Assembly (NCBI RefSeq): GCF_964188315.1
Contig: NC_135671.1
Span: forward strand, 26,350,001-26,414,000
Source of the DNA: Podarcis muralis
Taxonomy: Eukaryota
DNA length: 64,000 bases
Reading direction: 5' to 3'
Position numbers and translations under genes: made by a program. Of the stretch, positions 36,076 through 49,890 are shown one piece after another; position 1 is the stretch's first letter, and the number at the start of each line of letters is the position of its first letter. Under the pieces are notes generated by a model. The model was not told where the DNA came from. It saw only the letters and a list, made by a program, of their open reading frames with translations, and ran no database searches.

Positions 36076-38709
36076 CTCCTCATTATTGTGGAGAGAGGAG
36101 GAGAGACTTTTAAGTGGTTGCATTTCTTGAATATTTAAAGGGTTTCTTGATTCCTCATGTATAAGGGGAGGCATAGCTTATAAAGAGGGTTTTTCCAGTC
36201 TTAAAAAAAAATCAAAATCAAATATAAGCTTCTGGCAAGGGAAAGAGTTGTGTCATTTATCACAATCCTTTAGGTGTCCAAAGCAGATGCACAAACACAT
36301 TCCACAAAGTAGTATTGACTGCTAGAAACAACATTTTCTGATAAAGAAAATGCTGCTATTTGAAAATGTGAGGCCATTGCAACCAACACACTTTCCTACG
36401 GAATTGTGACTGTACGCAATTATTCTGAAGTAAATTAGTAATCAGGAATGGCTCTGGTTGCACAGAAGGTGAATCCAAAGGATGCCAAGAATCGTTCCAT
36501 ACACACTGGCTTTTGTTCAGGGGAGGTGTGAGGCACTTTCCACACTCATGTCAGTGTTTGGGGCATCCCATCCACTTTATGTACCTGAAGCTCAGTATTG
36601 TTTTGAATGGGAAATTCTTGCGAGGAGCTCCTTCTATTCAGCAGAGCACCCACAGAACATCAAGCTGAATATTTCTATTTAAAATATAAAAGATGTTTTG
36701 TTGACTTGCAAGGTCACTTTGAGAGAAGTGATTCTAAGACATAATTAGACCAGGACTTTGTCAAACCAGATGCAAAAGGGAAGATTACAAACCGTCACAC
36801 CCATACCTTACCTGAGACACAAGAAATCCAATCAGAGTTGCTGGAACAAAGGAATCTCATGTTCTTTGAATTCGCCATGTGGCTTTTACAGGGACATCAA
36901 AAGGCAGCATGTGAGTAAAGCATTGTACTACTCTAGAACTCATTCTCAGAAGTCATTCTGCTTGGCATTATCGCACACAGTAAACTGTCCTTCTGGTGTA
37001 AATGAAAATATAGGGCATTGCATGCACTTTTAAAACCTATGCATTGTTTATATATAATTTTAATGGAGAACATTTGTTCTATAAATTTATTATTTTTAGA
37101 AGGCTTTTTATTTTTCTAAAAATGAAATTATTTTAATTTACAGTTTCTAATGGTTAGAAATAGGTATAATAATAGGAATAATAATCTCATAAAACTAACA
37201 ATAAATCAATAATACCTTAACAGATGGTATTCAAAATTCAAATATTAATGTATAAATATATGAATAATATAGATGACATATAAATTTTTTTCAGGAACAT
37301 GTGCAAATACATCTGTATTGGCTTATAATCTGATTCAATTGCTTTATAATTTGATTCAATTGCTTGGTTCTCTTCCTATCACTGTTAATATGACCTCTAT
37401 TTATGTCCTTTCTTCTGTTACAGTTTTTGCACACTACTGCCTATCAAATGTTTCCCATACCACTTTGTCATTTCAGTTTGGTTTTGCACTTATGACTCAC
37501 CATAGTCAGCAAGGTTGTTTATGCAAGGCATAAATTAGAGGGGTTTTCTCCTCTTGTCTGTTGATTATTTGTCTTTTTCTGTCCACACTGTGTGGGATCA
37601 TGCTCAAACCTCCCCAAACGCAGCAGAATGGGAACGTAAATTGAACATGTAGTAAGGTCATAAGCAGCATTCTCTTGGGAGGAAAGTGGACAATGTCATA
37701 TGTCAGTTCTTGCCACAAAGCCTTTCATGTAATGTTTGTGTTGTGGCATGCTTATGAATCACATCTCCAAATTCCTTCCGAAGACAGACAGTAGAATCCC
37801 GAGCTTAGTTGTAGTGTCTTGTACAACATTCTGTTCAAATGCAATTGATTTACTCTCTCCAAACAGAAAACTGGCACAATGTGGATTTACATAATTTTAT
37901 GTTAGTAACAACCCTGGGGCAGGGGTAGGTTTGTCTGAAAGGCTTGGACGTATCCAAGGCCACGCAGTGTGTCTCTTGGCTAAGCAGAGACCTGATCTGA
38001 GTTTACCAGAATTCTGTGCTTTATCAGCCAGTTGGATTGTGGAGCACAATGAGTTAAGAAAAGAGGTTTCATGTATGCCTGTGATGTCATGGATCTTTGT
38101 GCAGGAAGTTGTAGACTGCATCACCATGGTGGTTTTGGGAGTACAGAGGCCTGACAGTGGGCTTGTAACTGGCACCACTAATGTCGAAGCACCATTTACG
38201 GGAACCAGCGTCTCCATATGAGGGCTGTGTATGAAAACACCATGGTTTGTGAAGTTCTGATCGTCTGAAAAGGAACTGCCAAGATCATGAAGAAGAGCTT
38301 CCTCCTTCTGGTCTTTGTGTGTTGATATATGCTTAGCTCCTTCCTTCAGATCAAGTGTTTGTGCTACTTAAGGATCAGTTGACACTGGGTGCTGGGAGAA
38401 TTGGTGGCTCCTCACCTTTCTCTGAGACCGTGTCTGACATCTCTACCTTTCACTTTCTCCCTGCTGACTGTGCAAACGAAGGCGAACGTTGCAGTTTGAC
38501 ACACACCATTTCTGAACTCTAGTGCCACATCAGCAGTTTATCCTTCTGAAATTAGGTAACGGGAATTTCAGTTTCTTGACGTGAAAATTTAGGGGCTATG
38601 TTTCAGTAATGCCATTACATGTCAAGTGTTGGGACATTACACTTTTCACGGACATTTAAAACCGTTTATTTTATAGATTTTGTTCTTGTCATTGTTTGTT
38701 TAAATACAG

Positions 38710-38835
38710 GCCTGGAAGCGGTAAAAATGGAACAGAGCGTTCTCATCCCCGGCAGCTGTGTCAAGAAGATTCTGATGCTGTGTGGAACGAGCTGGCGTAT
38801 TTCAAAAAGGAACACAAAAAGCTATTGATTGAAAA
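38710..38835 (+). CDS. CNTLN: Centlein coding exon G (PGSGKNGTERSHPRQLCQEDSDAVWNELAYFKKEHKKLLIEK)
   Basis: atacag acceptor, gtgagt donor, 126 nt (phase 2 to 2). Contains the QEDSDAVWNELAYFK motif recalled from human centlein. Confidence 0.95.
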
Positions 38836-39068
38836 GTGAGTTTCTTTCTTTTAAAATACATATACATTGAGAAACGTGCTGCTAGTTTGCTAAATCTTCT
38901 TCTCATTGAAGGCTACACGAAGGAATTCCTTTCAAATACCAAAATTAAATCATCTTCCTCTCCTAGAAACAGAGAGGAAAGCACCATCCTCCTCCCACCC
39001 CTCCTTTTAAATCAGTGACAACAAGTTTGCTAGCACTAACAGAAACTGTATTACATGATCTAGGGATT

Positions 39069-39352
39069 NNNNNNNNNNNNNNNNNNNNNNNNNNNNNNNN
39101 NNNNNNNNNNNNNNNNNNNNNNNNNNNNNNNNNNNNNNNNNNNNNNNNNNNNNNNNNNNNNNNNNNNNNNNNNNNNNNNNNNNNNNNNNNNNNNNNNNNN
39201 NNNNNNNNNNNNNNNNTGCANNNNNNNNNNNNNNNNNNNNNNNNNNNNNNNNNNNNNNNNNNNNNNNNNNNNNNNNNNNNNNNNNNNNNNNNNNNNNNNN
39301 NNNNNNNNNNNNNNNNNNNNNNNNNNNNNNNNNNNNNNNNNNNNNNNNNNNN
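39069..39352. other. Assembly N gaps (39069-39216, 39221-39352) with a 4-bp island
   Basis: N runs. Confidence 0.99.
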
Positions 39353-42300
39353 TAAGGGTCTGGAGTGGATCTGCTAACATGGTCCTTCGTAGTGACCTGC
39401 GAAAGGCATGAGGGAGTTGCTCTCTTTCTTGCCATGCACAGCCTGTCCTTTGGGTTTAGTACTGATCCCTTCACACAGCTCTTTTAGCTGTGGTAAGTGT
39501 AAAACTTGGAGAAGGAATTCTTACTTTAGAAAACATACAGTTTGCCTCTTTGATCTTATAATTCATAGACTATTACACTCACCCTGGTAAAGTAAGAGCA
39601 TTTCCCTTTCATACTAGAAAAAAGGGAGTTGGTAGGGATTGCATAATTATTCTTTTAATTATGTTTTAAAATGTCTTTTGTCAAGTTGATTTTGTTGTTT
39701 AGCATTGAGTGTGCTTAAAACTCTGAAGGTTTTCCCCCCTGTTCTTTTGAGACTTTAGCAAATTTGTCAGAAGTGTGCCTGCATTGATAGAACATCTAGA
39801 ATATTATCTTGGCAGTAAAATGCTGAAGGGCCTACCTTTAAAACTTCACTGTTGGAACTACAAAAATATTGCTGTATCCATAGTGCAAGCTATTTTTGGT
39901 TCTGTCTGTGTTGGCCACTTAAAAATATATATATGACACTATGATCGCTTGGATAATGATTTTCTGACACATTTACTGGCATCATAGGTTTTTGTATCAT
40001 CACATAAAGATAGTAGCATATGGGATTCTACCATAGAACTTCTGAAAGCTGGAGATCTTCTTTACAATTTTTTTTTACCGCATCTTGCAATGTTTTAGAA
40101 TTCTGATTCGACTCCATTGTTCCAAGCACTAGACCCTACACTGGCCAGTTGCATCTCAGCATTATTCTGACATCTTAGGAAAACGCTATGGGAAGAAACA
40201 TAGGTAGTGCTTTTTCCAGAAAGATTGTCATGTTAGTTGGTTGCAGCAAATATGACAGGGGTTTGTATCTAACAATCAAACAATTGCCTGCTCCAAACAA
40301 CTTCCATGAGTGCAACCAAACTTCCCCATCCTCTCCTCTCCTCCCCTCCCTTAAAGTTGAACACATTTATTATGGCATAAGCTTTCACAGACGTCAGTCG
40401 ACCTCATCAGATTCAGGAAGTGTTATCCTGTCTTATGAGGTTTGCATGGTTGGGAGAAGGAGAAACATAAACACTGAGATCACAAAAGAAACGAAGTGAA
40501 ATAAAATGCAAAAAAGTATACAGATGGTGCTAATTGCATTATCAGCAGTGGCCATTTGCAAAAATAAAATAAAATAAAAAATTTTGATGACTCTGTTTTG
40601 GGAGGCCAATTAACATAGTGTAGTGTTGTAAAAACCTGTTCCAGTTCAATCCACATTTGAGCTTCCTTGTAACCTTGGTCTTCAAGGAAAAAGCAATATT
40701 AAATGGACTGGGGTTTGTTGAGGATAGAATACTGGAAGAAATAAATAAAGCTTAAAAGACTTCTACAAAGTTCTGATTATGAACTGTGCTGTGATAGATT
40801 TGCAAAAAAGAAGCTGCTCATTTTTCAAATGCTTTATCTCCAAAGTCATCGAATCTACCTCTGATTTGTAGCAAATGCGTTGAGTGACAGGGAAGATCAT
40901 AAATTGACTGGTCCTACTGGTCTTTTCCTTATGTTTCCTGTGAAGGCTTCAAGTGATAAAGCCATGTTCTTAGAACATCAGTATCACCAGCAGAAAAATT
41001 GGGTAAGATGTAAGACTGTACCGGTCTTCTCTGATGCACATATTACATCAGTGATGTTTTTAGTCAATGGCATCTGCTGATAGTTTGTATTTAAAAAGTT
41101 GCCTATCTCTGCTAGAGAGTCAGCTGAAGGGGGTGGGGGGAGAACACAATAAAGATCATTTTCTAAAATAAAGATATTGAGAGGTGACAGGCAAATGTTT
41201 TCCCCTTTGCTCTAAAAAGAGCCGCTTACTGGTCTACATTTGCAGTTAGTACAGATGCCCAATTCATTAATTGTAGCACTATGTCCAAGATGTCTCAGTA
41301 CCAGGCATGCTTATCTAAGTATTCTATGACTAAATGGTCAACTAATGTTCCTTAAAGGCTCCCCCCCCCCCCCCGATTTTATATAGCTTGACTTGTTAGT
41401 TCTTGTATGGAATGTAAAGAATTGATCAGGTACGCTGTTTGTGATAAAGCCCCCTATCGCATGCATCCTGTGATGATTCACATTCCAGGGAAAGAAACTA
41501 CTCTACAGGACACACTCAGCAGACCTTTAACACAACACATGGCAAAATAGTAATTAATTAAGATAGAGCATTTGTACCCCAGTCTTCAGCTAAATCACCT
41601 CCCAAGCACACACAAGCAATTAAAACAAGGCAGTCTCTGCCTGCATGCTTACATTCTAAAAGGCATCACACACATATACAGACACACACAGTCACGACAA
41701 GGAGGAAAGAGCAAAAAAGCACACTCAGGCACCAGTTCTTAAAGTTAAATAGTAGCTCTTAAAATGACCAAGTAGAATGGAAACAGTTTAGGAGGTGCTG
41801 AGCTGATGGAAGGAGCTCTCCTTCTTTCATCTTATTGGTAGTGTTTGGCTGATGACCTGTTCAGATGCACGGACCTGATTATTTGTTTCATACTGTTGTG
41901 AGCTGTTCTGGGAGCAAAAGTTTAGCAGTGGGATATAAATATGATGATCATGTGCAGGAGGACAGGAGATGATTTTTAAAAAGGCATTCTGATGGGGAAG
42001 TGGTCAGGAGTTCCACTGTGTATCTCTGAAACATTTATTCTACCATGGGTAAAAGGATGAAATTGTCGTATTTATTCCTTTCTCCATCTTAGCAAAAGCA
42101 ATTATTGTAGCAGCCTTTCTTTGATTACTTCAAACTAAGGCTTGTTGTAGGTGAACTGTATAGCACAGAGTGCACTATCTGCTTTAGATGGCGTAGCGGT
42201 TGAAACAGATCCATCAGCACAGGGGTACAATAAACATCAACCTCATCTCAAGAGACAAGGACCTTCCCGTGGCTCTGAATTTAAAGAATTCGATTCCACC

Positions 42301-42468
42301 TTTTGCCTCCAGAGAAAATCTACTGGATGCTATTTTGTAGATGCAAAGATGGTGGCAAAGATGTTTCCTTCAGTTGCTGACACTTATGCCATAGATACAT
42401 ATTTTAAATAACACTAGGCAATTAGCGTAGCCACTAGCTCTTCTGAAAAAGAACAGTGAGCTGCAATA

Positions 42469-42516
42469 GAAGAAGAAGAAGAAGAAGAAGAAGAAGAAGA
42501 AGAAGAAGAAGAAGAA
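42469..42516 (+). repeat. (GAA)16 microsatellite
   Basis: Read directly. Confidence 0.97.
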
Positions 42517-44101
42517 TTGTCAATAGCTATTAGGAATTCGGTTACATTTGCAGTGTAGCCATGCACACACGATCATGGGTAAAGTATTTCATCTCCTTTT
42601 ATTCCCAGGTAGAAGGGATGGCAGTGTATTAATGTAATCTGCATCAAAAGCTCTGTCCTTGATCACTCATGGAAGAAAAGCCCTAAATTTGCTGATCCCA
42701 CACTTATGACTGCTTCCACACTTCTTTGGGATTATGCTTCTACATGGAACTTGATGCTCTTATTGGGCTAATTGATTGTACCTTCCTTGGCATCCAAACC
42801 CACGTCTTTTCTTCCCTAATTTGACACATAAGTGCAGGTGAACTAAAGTACATTTTATGCTGCATATCTTTACAGCCACTTTTTTTTAAAAAAGCACATC
42901 TATTCTAAGAACTATACTTTAGATGTTCTTCTCGAGAGTTTTGTATGAATCCTCATGGCTCCAACAATTTTAAATGAACTGTACAGTGTACACCGTCTTC
43001 AGACCAGTTGCACCACTATCGTCGGCATCTGTAGTCACCACCCCTCCTTTAACAAATTTAGCAAAGCAAGCAAAAAGAACAGAGAAAGAGGTAGGCAATG
43101 TGAGGAAACCCATTAGCTCACATTAAAAAATACAATAAGTATTGATACAGCCATCTTAATTTAAACATATAAATTGATATGTGTCAAATAAATGTCCAGA
43201 TAGGTATCCACATGAAGCTGACATTTATAAGAAATGTGTTCAAATGTGGCAAAGGCGGTGAGGTCCTCGGACCCTTGCATGGCGGGTATTTACCCTTCCA
43301 TGCGCAACGTATAACTCTCTTAGCAACTATAAAAGGGTTCATGAAATACCCTTTGGTTGTCCTTCCATTAATCCCCATACTGGAATAATGTAGTTTAAAA
43401 GTACATGAAAGATAAAAGATTTCACCAGGACAACATTAATATGGACAACAACTTCAGACCAAAATGAATGTATCACTGGACATTCTCACATCATATGCCA
43501 CAATGAGGCATTATTATTACTATTATTTAACAACATTTATGTACTACTTGAGTTTTTTTATAAGAAACATTAAAATTATCAACAAGAAGTGTTAAAAGCA
43601 AGTAATTTTAATTATCGTTTTTTTAAAAAATGTATCGGCAGACTACAGGTTTATAGCCAGCGAATAAAGTCAAAGCTGTGATTGGCAAATGATCTGTTTG
43701 GCCAATGCACAAATGTTATGAATGACTAGAGCTACCTTTTCTGCCTCTGTCTCATTGCCACCCAGCTCAGACACTGTGCATTGGTTGATGGTGTGTCTAT
43801 GTTTGCAGCATGCGACCTGAGTGATTTTATGGCTTTCAGCAGCAGCAGGTGTGCCTGCCCCCTCTGTTGTACACATCTAACATGAACACAGCTGCAGCAG
43901 AATTATAGTTTATGATGCCCTTAAAAGTGTTGATGGTGTGTTTTATTTATAATTTTTATTTATTTATTAGATTTATACCCTTCACCTTCCTATAAAGGAC
44001 CCCAGAGCTACTGAACAGGGCAATTTATTTGTCTGATACATAGCCTGTTCTGAATCTGGCTTCTTCCAGTATCCTGTTCCTGTACTTACTTTTCTGGAAG
44101 T

Positions 44102-44195
44102 AAGGCTGCAACCTCAATCCTATTTATCTTGGAGTAAACCCCACTGAGTTCAGTATGGCTTACTTTGAGTAGACATGTTTAGCATTGTGATGTAC
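44102..44195. repeat. Short squamate palindromic repeat (similar copy at about 63350-63440)
   Basis: ctgcaa...ggagtaaaccc/gagtatgccccactgaactcaatgg/actgagttcag...acatgtttagcattgtg pattern shared by both loci. Confidence 0.5.
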
Positions 44196-44779
44196 ATCAG
44201 TGGAACTTACTTTGGACTAGATGTAGGATTGTGTTGCTAAAATCTCTCGACATCCTATTTTTAAAAAGTAGTTAGGCCTGGGGTCTGGGGCAGATAGGGA
44301 AAAAGGCTGCCGTGGGCACAGAAACTGTCACGGGCTAGGTCCCTGTGCCACAATTTATACACTACCTTTATTTATTATAATTTTATTTCATAAAATTTAT
44401 ATACCGCTTGGTTGTAAAAAAAACCCCAACAACTCAAAAGTGCTTCACAAAAAGAATGAAATGAACAGCTGCCTAAAACATATCAAAAAATCAACAGCAG
44501 CGATAAACTAAAAACAGAATAAAACACACACCAACACTCTGCACATTTGAGTGTGAGGAAGGATGAGTTGGGACTTTTCATCGGAATGAGAAAAGGCCCT
44601 GGTGAACTAACTCTTGGTCTCTTGTCTCTAATTGGGTCATTTTTCTTGCAGCTATTCTTCCAAGAGCACATACCAGGGAAATAGCACAAGAATTTAACAT
44701 TAAGTGGCCATATCAATGCCTTGTTTCCGTAATTAGAATTCTGTCAACATCCTTTCTGTGTTAGCTTGTTGTGGCCTTC

Positions 44780-45070
44780 CCTCCTCCTCCTCCTCCTCTT
44801 ACCTTCCAGGCATTTATAGAAGCCCATTTAGTTAAGCAGCATTTTGAAGAAAGGCTGCTACAGATGAGACTGGAATTTTTATTTGGGGGGGGGGGGAATG
44901 TGATGTGGAAAGGGAGCGGCTATTTTATTGGATCTTCTGGCTGGTGATCAATATGAGAGATGTTTGGGAGCCAGAGAAGGAGAACCGCTGCTGCTCTGAT
45001 TGATTTTGTAATTTTATTGTGCTTTTAGATTTGCCAAAGGTTCTCAAGGGCCTGGAAGGGATGCGTCTCC
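44780..45070 (+). mobile_element. Old L2 3' end (approximate bounds)
   Basis: gaaggctgct...tttattgga...tttgtaattttattgtgc...gccaaaggttctcaaggg, an L2-tail pattern. Confidence 0.45.
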
Positions 45071-45927
45071 TATGAAAAAGTTTATGTACAAATGAGGCAA
45101 TGATTATCTAAATAAGGTGTTTCACAGAGGTTAATAGAGATAGGCCTGTTACATTAAATTATTTTTAATAATGCTGACTGTTATTAAAAATTAAGGCGTT
45201 CTGAGCTTCAGTCACTTTCCCTCTATGCAGGTCCTTAAGTGGATTAATACCTACATGCTGCCCAATAACCTCCTTTCTCAAATTGAAATAATGAGGAGGA
45301 ATGTAATACTCCTCGCATACAATTTGTGGTTGGGAGAACTTATTAATATGATTTATCACTGACTAACTCACTCAAAGGGAGTCAAGGTTGTGTTTTATGA
45401 CAGAGAGAAGGCAGCGATAAAATGCAAACTCCCTTCTTCCCTTTTGTTTTTCTGTTAGGACTGAGCCCAGGCTTCATTCAGAAGCTACCTTTGCAACATG
45501 GGAGTTGCTTGAGTAGCATGGTCCCCTCCAACATTGCTCTGGCGATGCAACAGGTGGGCAGTTGGGATGGCAGGATTGCTTTCTTTGCTGTCATCTTCCC
45601 AAGCCACACAGATATGTTTGAAGAGCCAATTAACCCTAGGAATGGCAGATTAAAATGTGCTTATTTATTTACTTACAGTATATATAGGCTACTCTTTGTC
45701 CAGCTTTTTAAATCCCAGAGCAAGGAACAAAGTACCAAAGGTAAACGGGGTGGGGTGGGGTGGAGGGACAATATGTAAAAACTACAAAATCCTATAAACA
45801 TTTTCAATAAACAGCAAATTAGCATTCTGACATCATAAGGTAATGAGGACAATTAAAAGATCCAGTTATCCAAATACCTAGATAAAACACAACATTTTGT
45901 TGCCAGTTTTGGACAAATCATACTTTG

Positions 45928-46170
45928 CAGTGGTACCTTGGTTCTCGAACTTAATCCATTCTGAGAGTCCATTGGACTCCTGAAACTGTTCGAAAATCAA
46001 GGCGCGGCTTCCGATTGGCTGCAGGAGCTTCCTACACTCAAGCGGAAGCTGCGTCGGATCTTCGGCTTCTGAAAAATGTTTGGAAACTGGAACCCTTACT
46101 TCCGGGTTTGCTGCATTGTGGGAGCCGATTTGTTTGGCAACTAAGCTGTTCGGGAACCAAGGTTCCACTG
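45928..46170. mobile_element. pogo/Tigger-like MITE, family 3
   Basis: TIRs CAGTGGTACCTTGGTTCTCGAAC / GTTCGGGAACCAAGGTTCCACTG. Right flank TA, left flank TG (mutated). Confidence 0.88.
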
Positions 46171-47718
46171 TACATTTGAAACAAATGGGACTTGCCACAA
46201 AATGTTGCTTTGTATCTCAACCGCTAGCAGAAGTGCTCTTATTTAGGGTGCCAGCCGGCTATTCCCTCCGTGTGATACTAATCAGCTATAATAGGCTCAG
46301 GCGTGCCAATTCACTCTCACTCTTCAATGTTTCACTTCCAGCTGACACTCGAGAAATCTTTAAAGAAATCAGAGCACAGAGTGTGGTGGGGCTGGAAGGA
46401 GGAGTGCACAAACTCAAGGTTCACTCATGTAATGCCCAACCATAGTTTGCTGCTCCTGCGAACCACGAACTGACCCAGTTCACGATTGTGAACATGCAAA
46501 TGCTTCTCGGTCATTAATTGGAAAAAAATATATCCAGGAAAGACATTAAGAATTCAAACAGATGCACACCCAGGCACCATTTGTTTCTATGATATACCTT
46601 ATTTGGGCATTTCAACCAACTGAAACTTGATGTGCTTGCAGTGGCTGTTCACCTAACCCTGGTTGGAAGATCCAGAAAATGTTGAACAGCTGTCCTTGGC
46701 TAGCTGATAGTTATCAAACTGCAATCACTTTCAGATAGTCCAAATTGGCCAAGGAATTCAATAAATCATTCTCTGTAGCACGAACATGACTAAAATGTAA
46801 GTAATGCTTGTACTTCTCTCTCTTTTTTTGCTTTACACTCTTTTGGCAGCCTTATCCCCCAATGTATGTAATGGTTTTTTGCTTTCTCACACAGGCTAGA
46901 TCAAACACCTGCTCCAAGATTTGCTCTCGCCTCCCAAAGCTGTCAGTTGACACACAAATATACAGACCTTTTGAAAGAGCATATCTTGCCCTTATTGCAA
47001 GCAGATGTACCTGAATCTTAACATTGGAGGAGCAAAGGGAAAACTTTTGTCATACTAGTATTTGACTGCTTAAGAAGTCAGATCTGGTTCAAGCTTATTT
47101 CAGATCTTACAACTTTAAAGACTGGCAGGGTGGGGATATTGGCGAAGTAGAATAAGAGAACATTGAGCCATGTTGTTTTCTTCAGCCTTAATTTATGACA
47201 TCTGTATTGACAGCAGAATTAAAGGGCAGGTTTTTCAGCAGTTTTACAGGGATTCGTTGAGGAAAAATTGGTGTTAGGTTTCCTTTTTCTTAATAACAAA
47301 AAACAGCTTTATTTCCCTAGTAACACTCCTATATTCACATAACAGCATTCCTCACAGCAAGTGAAAGAATATTTCTGGTTCATTGGGTCATGATGAAAAG
47401 CACTTTAGTATGACGATTGTTCTGGTTTATGCAACTAAGTGGTAATCCTATGAGCCACTAGGCTGACACCATAGTATTTAAAGTAATGTGTTGTGGGGTC
47501 TTTGCTTTTCCGTCAAGGGGCATAAAGAAATTATGTTGCGCCACAGCAAGTCACGTACCAACATGAATCATGCTATTTATTTGTGAAGAGGCAGCTATTG
47601 GCCATGCTCCTCAGTACTTCCAGCCCCTCATGCTACCTGAAAAATAAATAAATAAAAGCTGCCCATCAGCCTTTCATGTTTTTTCAGATACTGTCAGGTA
47701 GCACAAACAGATTATTGA

Positions 47719-47976
47719 TAGGGCTGGGCAATCTATCACTATATCCTCCAAAACCAGTTAGAAGTTATATCATGATATCAGTTTCATAATTTTGACCTGG
47801 CAATATATCACGAATCATGGTGTGTGTGTGTGTGTGATGCAAAAATCACCAAGTGGGAAAAAGCGTGAAGCCAATCAATGCCTCTACCAAGCTCTATCCT
47901 TATTTCAGACAATATGATATATTGGTATATTGTGATGTTTAGCTGGTATCTATCACGACGTTGAAAGCCAGCCCTA
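47719..47976. mobile_element. hAT-type MITE
   Basis: Termini TAGGGCTGG / CCAGCCCTA. Degenerate 8-bp TSD attattga / gttaatga (6/8). Confidence 0.75.
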
Positions 47977-48354
47977 GTTAATGAGTTCCTAGTGAACCAA
48001 TTGTTATTGGCTGTGCTATGGTGGCTATGTTATACAAAGGATTTATGTCGAAAGGGAGGAGGAACAGGGCCAGTTAGAAGCATTGAACAGGAACCTTCAG
48101 CTTTGTATGAGTAGACCAGCAGTGGCATAAATTCCGTCTAGGATTAACAGTAGTCACATTCACCTTTTTAAATGCAGTTTTTATTAAATATTTTATCATG
48201 CTTTTACCCCGTGTTTGAGAAGCATTGAAAGAACAGGTAGCAGTTTACAGGATAAAGGATAAGTGTTATCAACATCATTTGTACATGGGAAGCAAATATG
48301 GCTACCAAGCCCCTCCCCTCAAACAAAGACTAACTGTACAAGATTCTGCAGCAG

Positions 48355-48570
48355 GTGATTATGGGTAGTCTCCAAACTTGATTACTGCAGTCTGTTTTAT
48401 GTGGGGCTACCTTTGCTCTGCCCTGGAAGCTCCAGCTGATACAGAATGTTGCGGCTCAGTTGCAGACAGGTGCAGGTTTTCGACAGCTTGCTGCAGGATC
48501 TGCATTGCCTGCCTGTATGCTCTCGGACCAGGATATACAATAAGAGTGCAATAAATACAATCAATCAAAA
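48355..48570 (+). mobile_element. Old L2 fragment (approximate bounds)
   Basis: ccaaacttgattactgcagtctgttttatgtggggctacct...aagctccagctgatacagaatgttgcggct encodes LDYC...YVGLP...KLQLIQN. Confidence 0.7.
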
Positions 48571-48583
48571 TAATATAAAACAA

Positions 48584-48938
48584 GGTAAAAGGTAAAGGGA
48601 CCCCTGACCATTAGGTCCAGTCGTGGCCGACTCTGGGGTTGCAGCGCTCATCTCGCTTTATTGGCCGAGGGAGCTGGCGTACAGCTTCCGGGTCATGTGG
48701 ACAGCATGACTAAGGCGCTTCTGGCGAACCAGAGCAGCGCACGGAAACGCCGTTTACCTTCCCGCCGGAGTGGTACCTATTTATCTACTTGCACTTTGAC
48801 GTGCTTTTGAACTGCTAGGTTGGCAGGAGCAGGGACCGAGCAACGGGAGCTCACCCCGTCGCGGGGATTCGAACCGCCGACCTTCTAATCGGCAAGTCCT
48901 AGGCTCTGTGGTTTAACCCACAGCTCCACCCACGTCCC
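48584..48938 (-). mobile_element. Sauria/Squam1 SINE copy 4
   Basis: Full-length. TSD taatataaaacaa at 48571-48583 and 48939-48951 (a third copy of the 13-mer at 48956-48968). Confidence 0.96.
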
Positions 48939-49890
48939 TAATATAAAACAATTTATAATATAAAACAAGCAAAACGACAAAATAACCACCGGTCACGCTG
49001 GGTATGTGCTCATGAGCTGCACTCATGCTCTCTCTGCAGAAGCAGCTGCCCAGCATTCCACTTCTGATTTGGAAGGCAAATTAAGTCCCTGCCCCATCTG
49101 CTCCGCACTCTCGCCTGCGAGCAAGCCCATCGCAACCCATCGCCCATGAGGAGTCTCCTCACCCTCCTCACACCTCAACTTGGTACTGTGGTATATTAAT
49201 GAGCACCTCACCCCCTGTAGGTCACATAGATCCCTGAGATAATCAGAGGCCCAGCTTCTTCAGGTGCCTAATGCCCCCAGAAATTAAATTTCTCTAAGCT
49301 TGCTCAGAAGAGAGCATTGAGCGCAGTAGCCCCTGCATTATGGAACACTCTCCCAGTGGAGATGAGGCAGACGCCAGCGTTGTATAGATTTCGACGTGCT
49401 GCGAAAGCATTTTTATATTTCAGCCAGCCTTTCCAGAATGTTAATTTTATCCAGTCACTTTTAATATTCTGCTGTTTTATTTTATGATGCGAGTTATTTT
49501 ATATTTTATTTAAATTGCTTAGAAATCTATGAATACGGATGATTCATAAATACTTTAAATAAATAGTAAAAGATCAGTGACATTCAGAAGCAGAAGTGTA
49601 TACCTATACTTTTGGGGAACTAACTTCTTAATAGTGGAATTATCTACATATGTATCAGAAGGATATCATACAATAGGAAAAGTAGATTGTTCCATGTTCC
49701 CTTTTTGCAATTCTGACTTGGGGTGTCACTTTTCTACACTGCAGCTGTTTTCCATATTCTGGCAAGCTGGACAAATATGCATGGAATGCCATTTTAATTA
49801 CAGCACACCCCTTTGGACTAGTCTTCTACCAAACATTACATAACTATATATTTGAAAATCCATTAAGATTTTTAATGAAAATCAAGGACT

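Noticed and set aside
37321-37365. Imperfect 20/21-bp tandem duplication (gcttataatctgattcaatt)
   Set aside because: Ordinary slippage duplication in AT-rich intron sequence with no functional context.
47391-47466. C/D-box snoRNA-like spacing (ATGATGA...CTGA, 76 nt)
   Set aside because: Only a 3-bp terminal stem, no clear D' box and no recognisable rRNA-complementary guide. Such motif pairs arise by chance.
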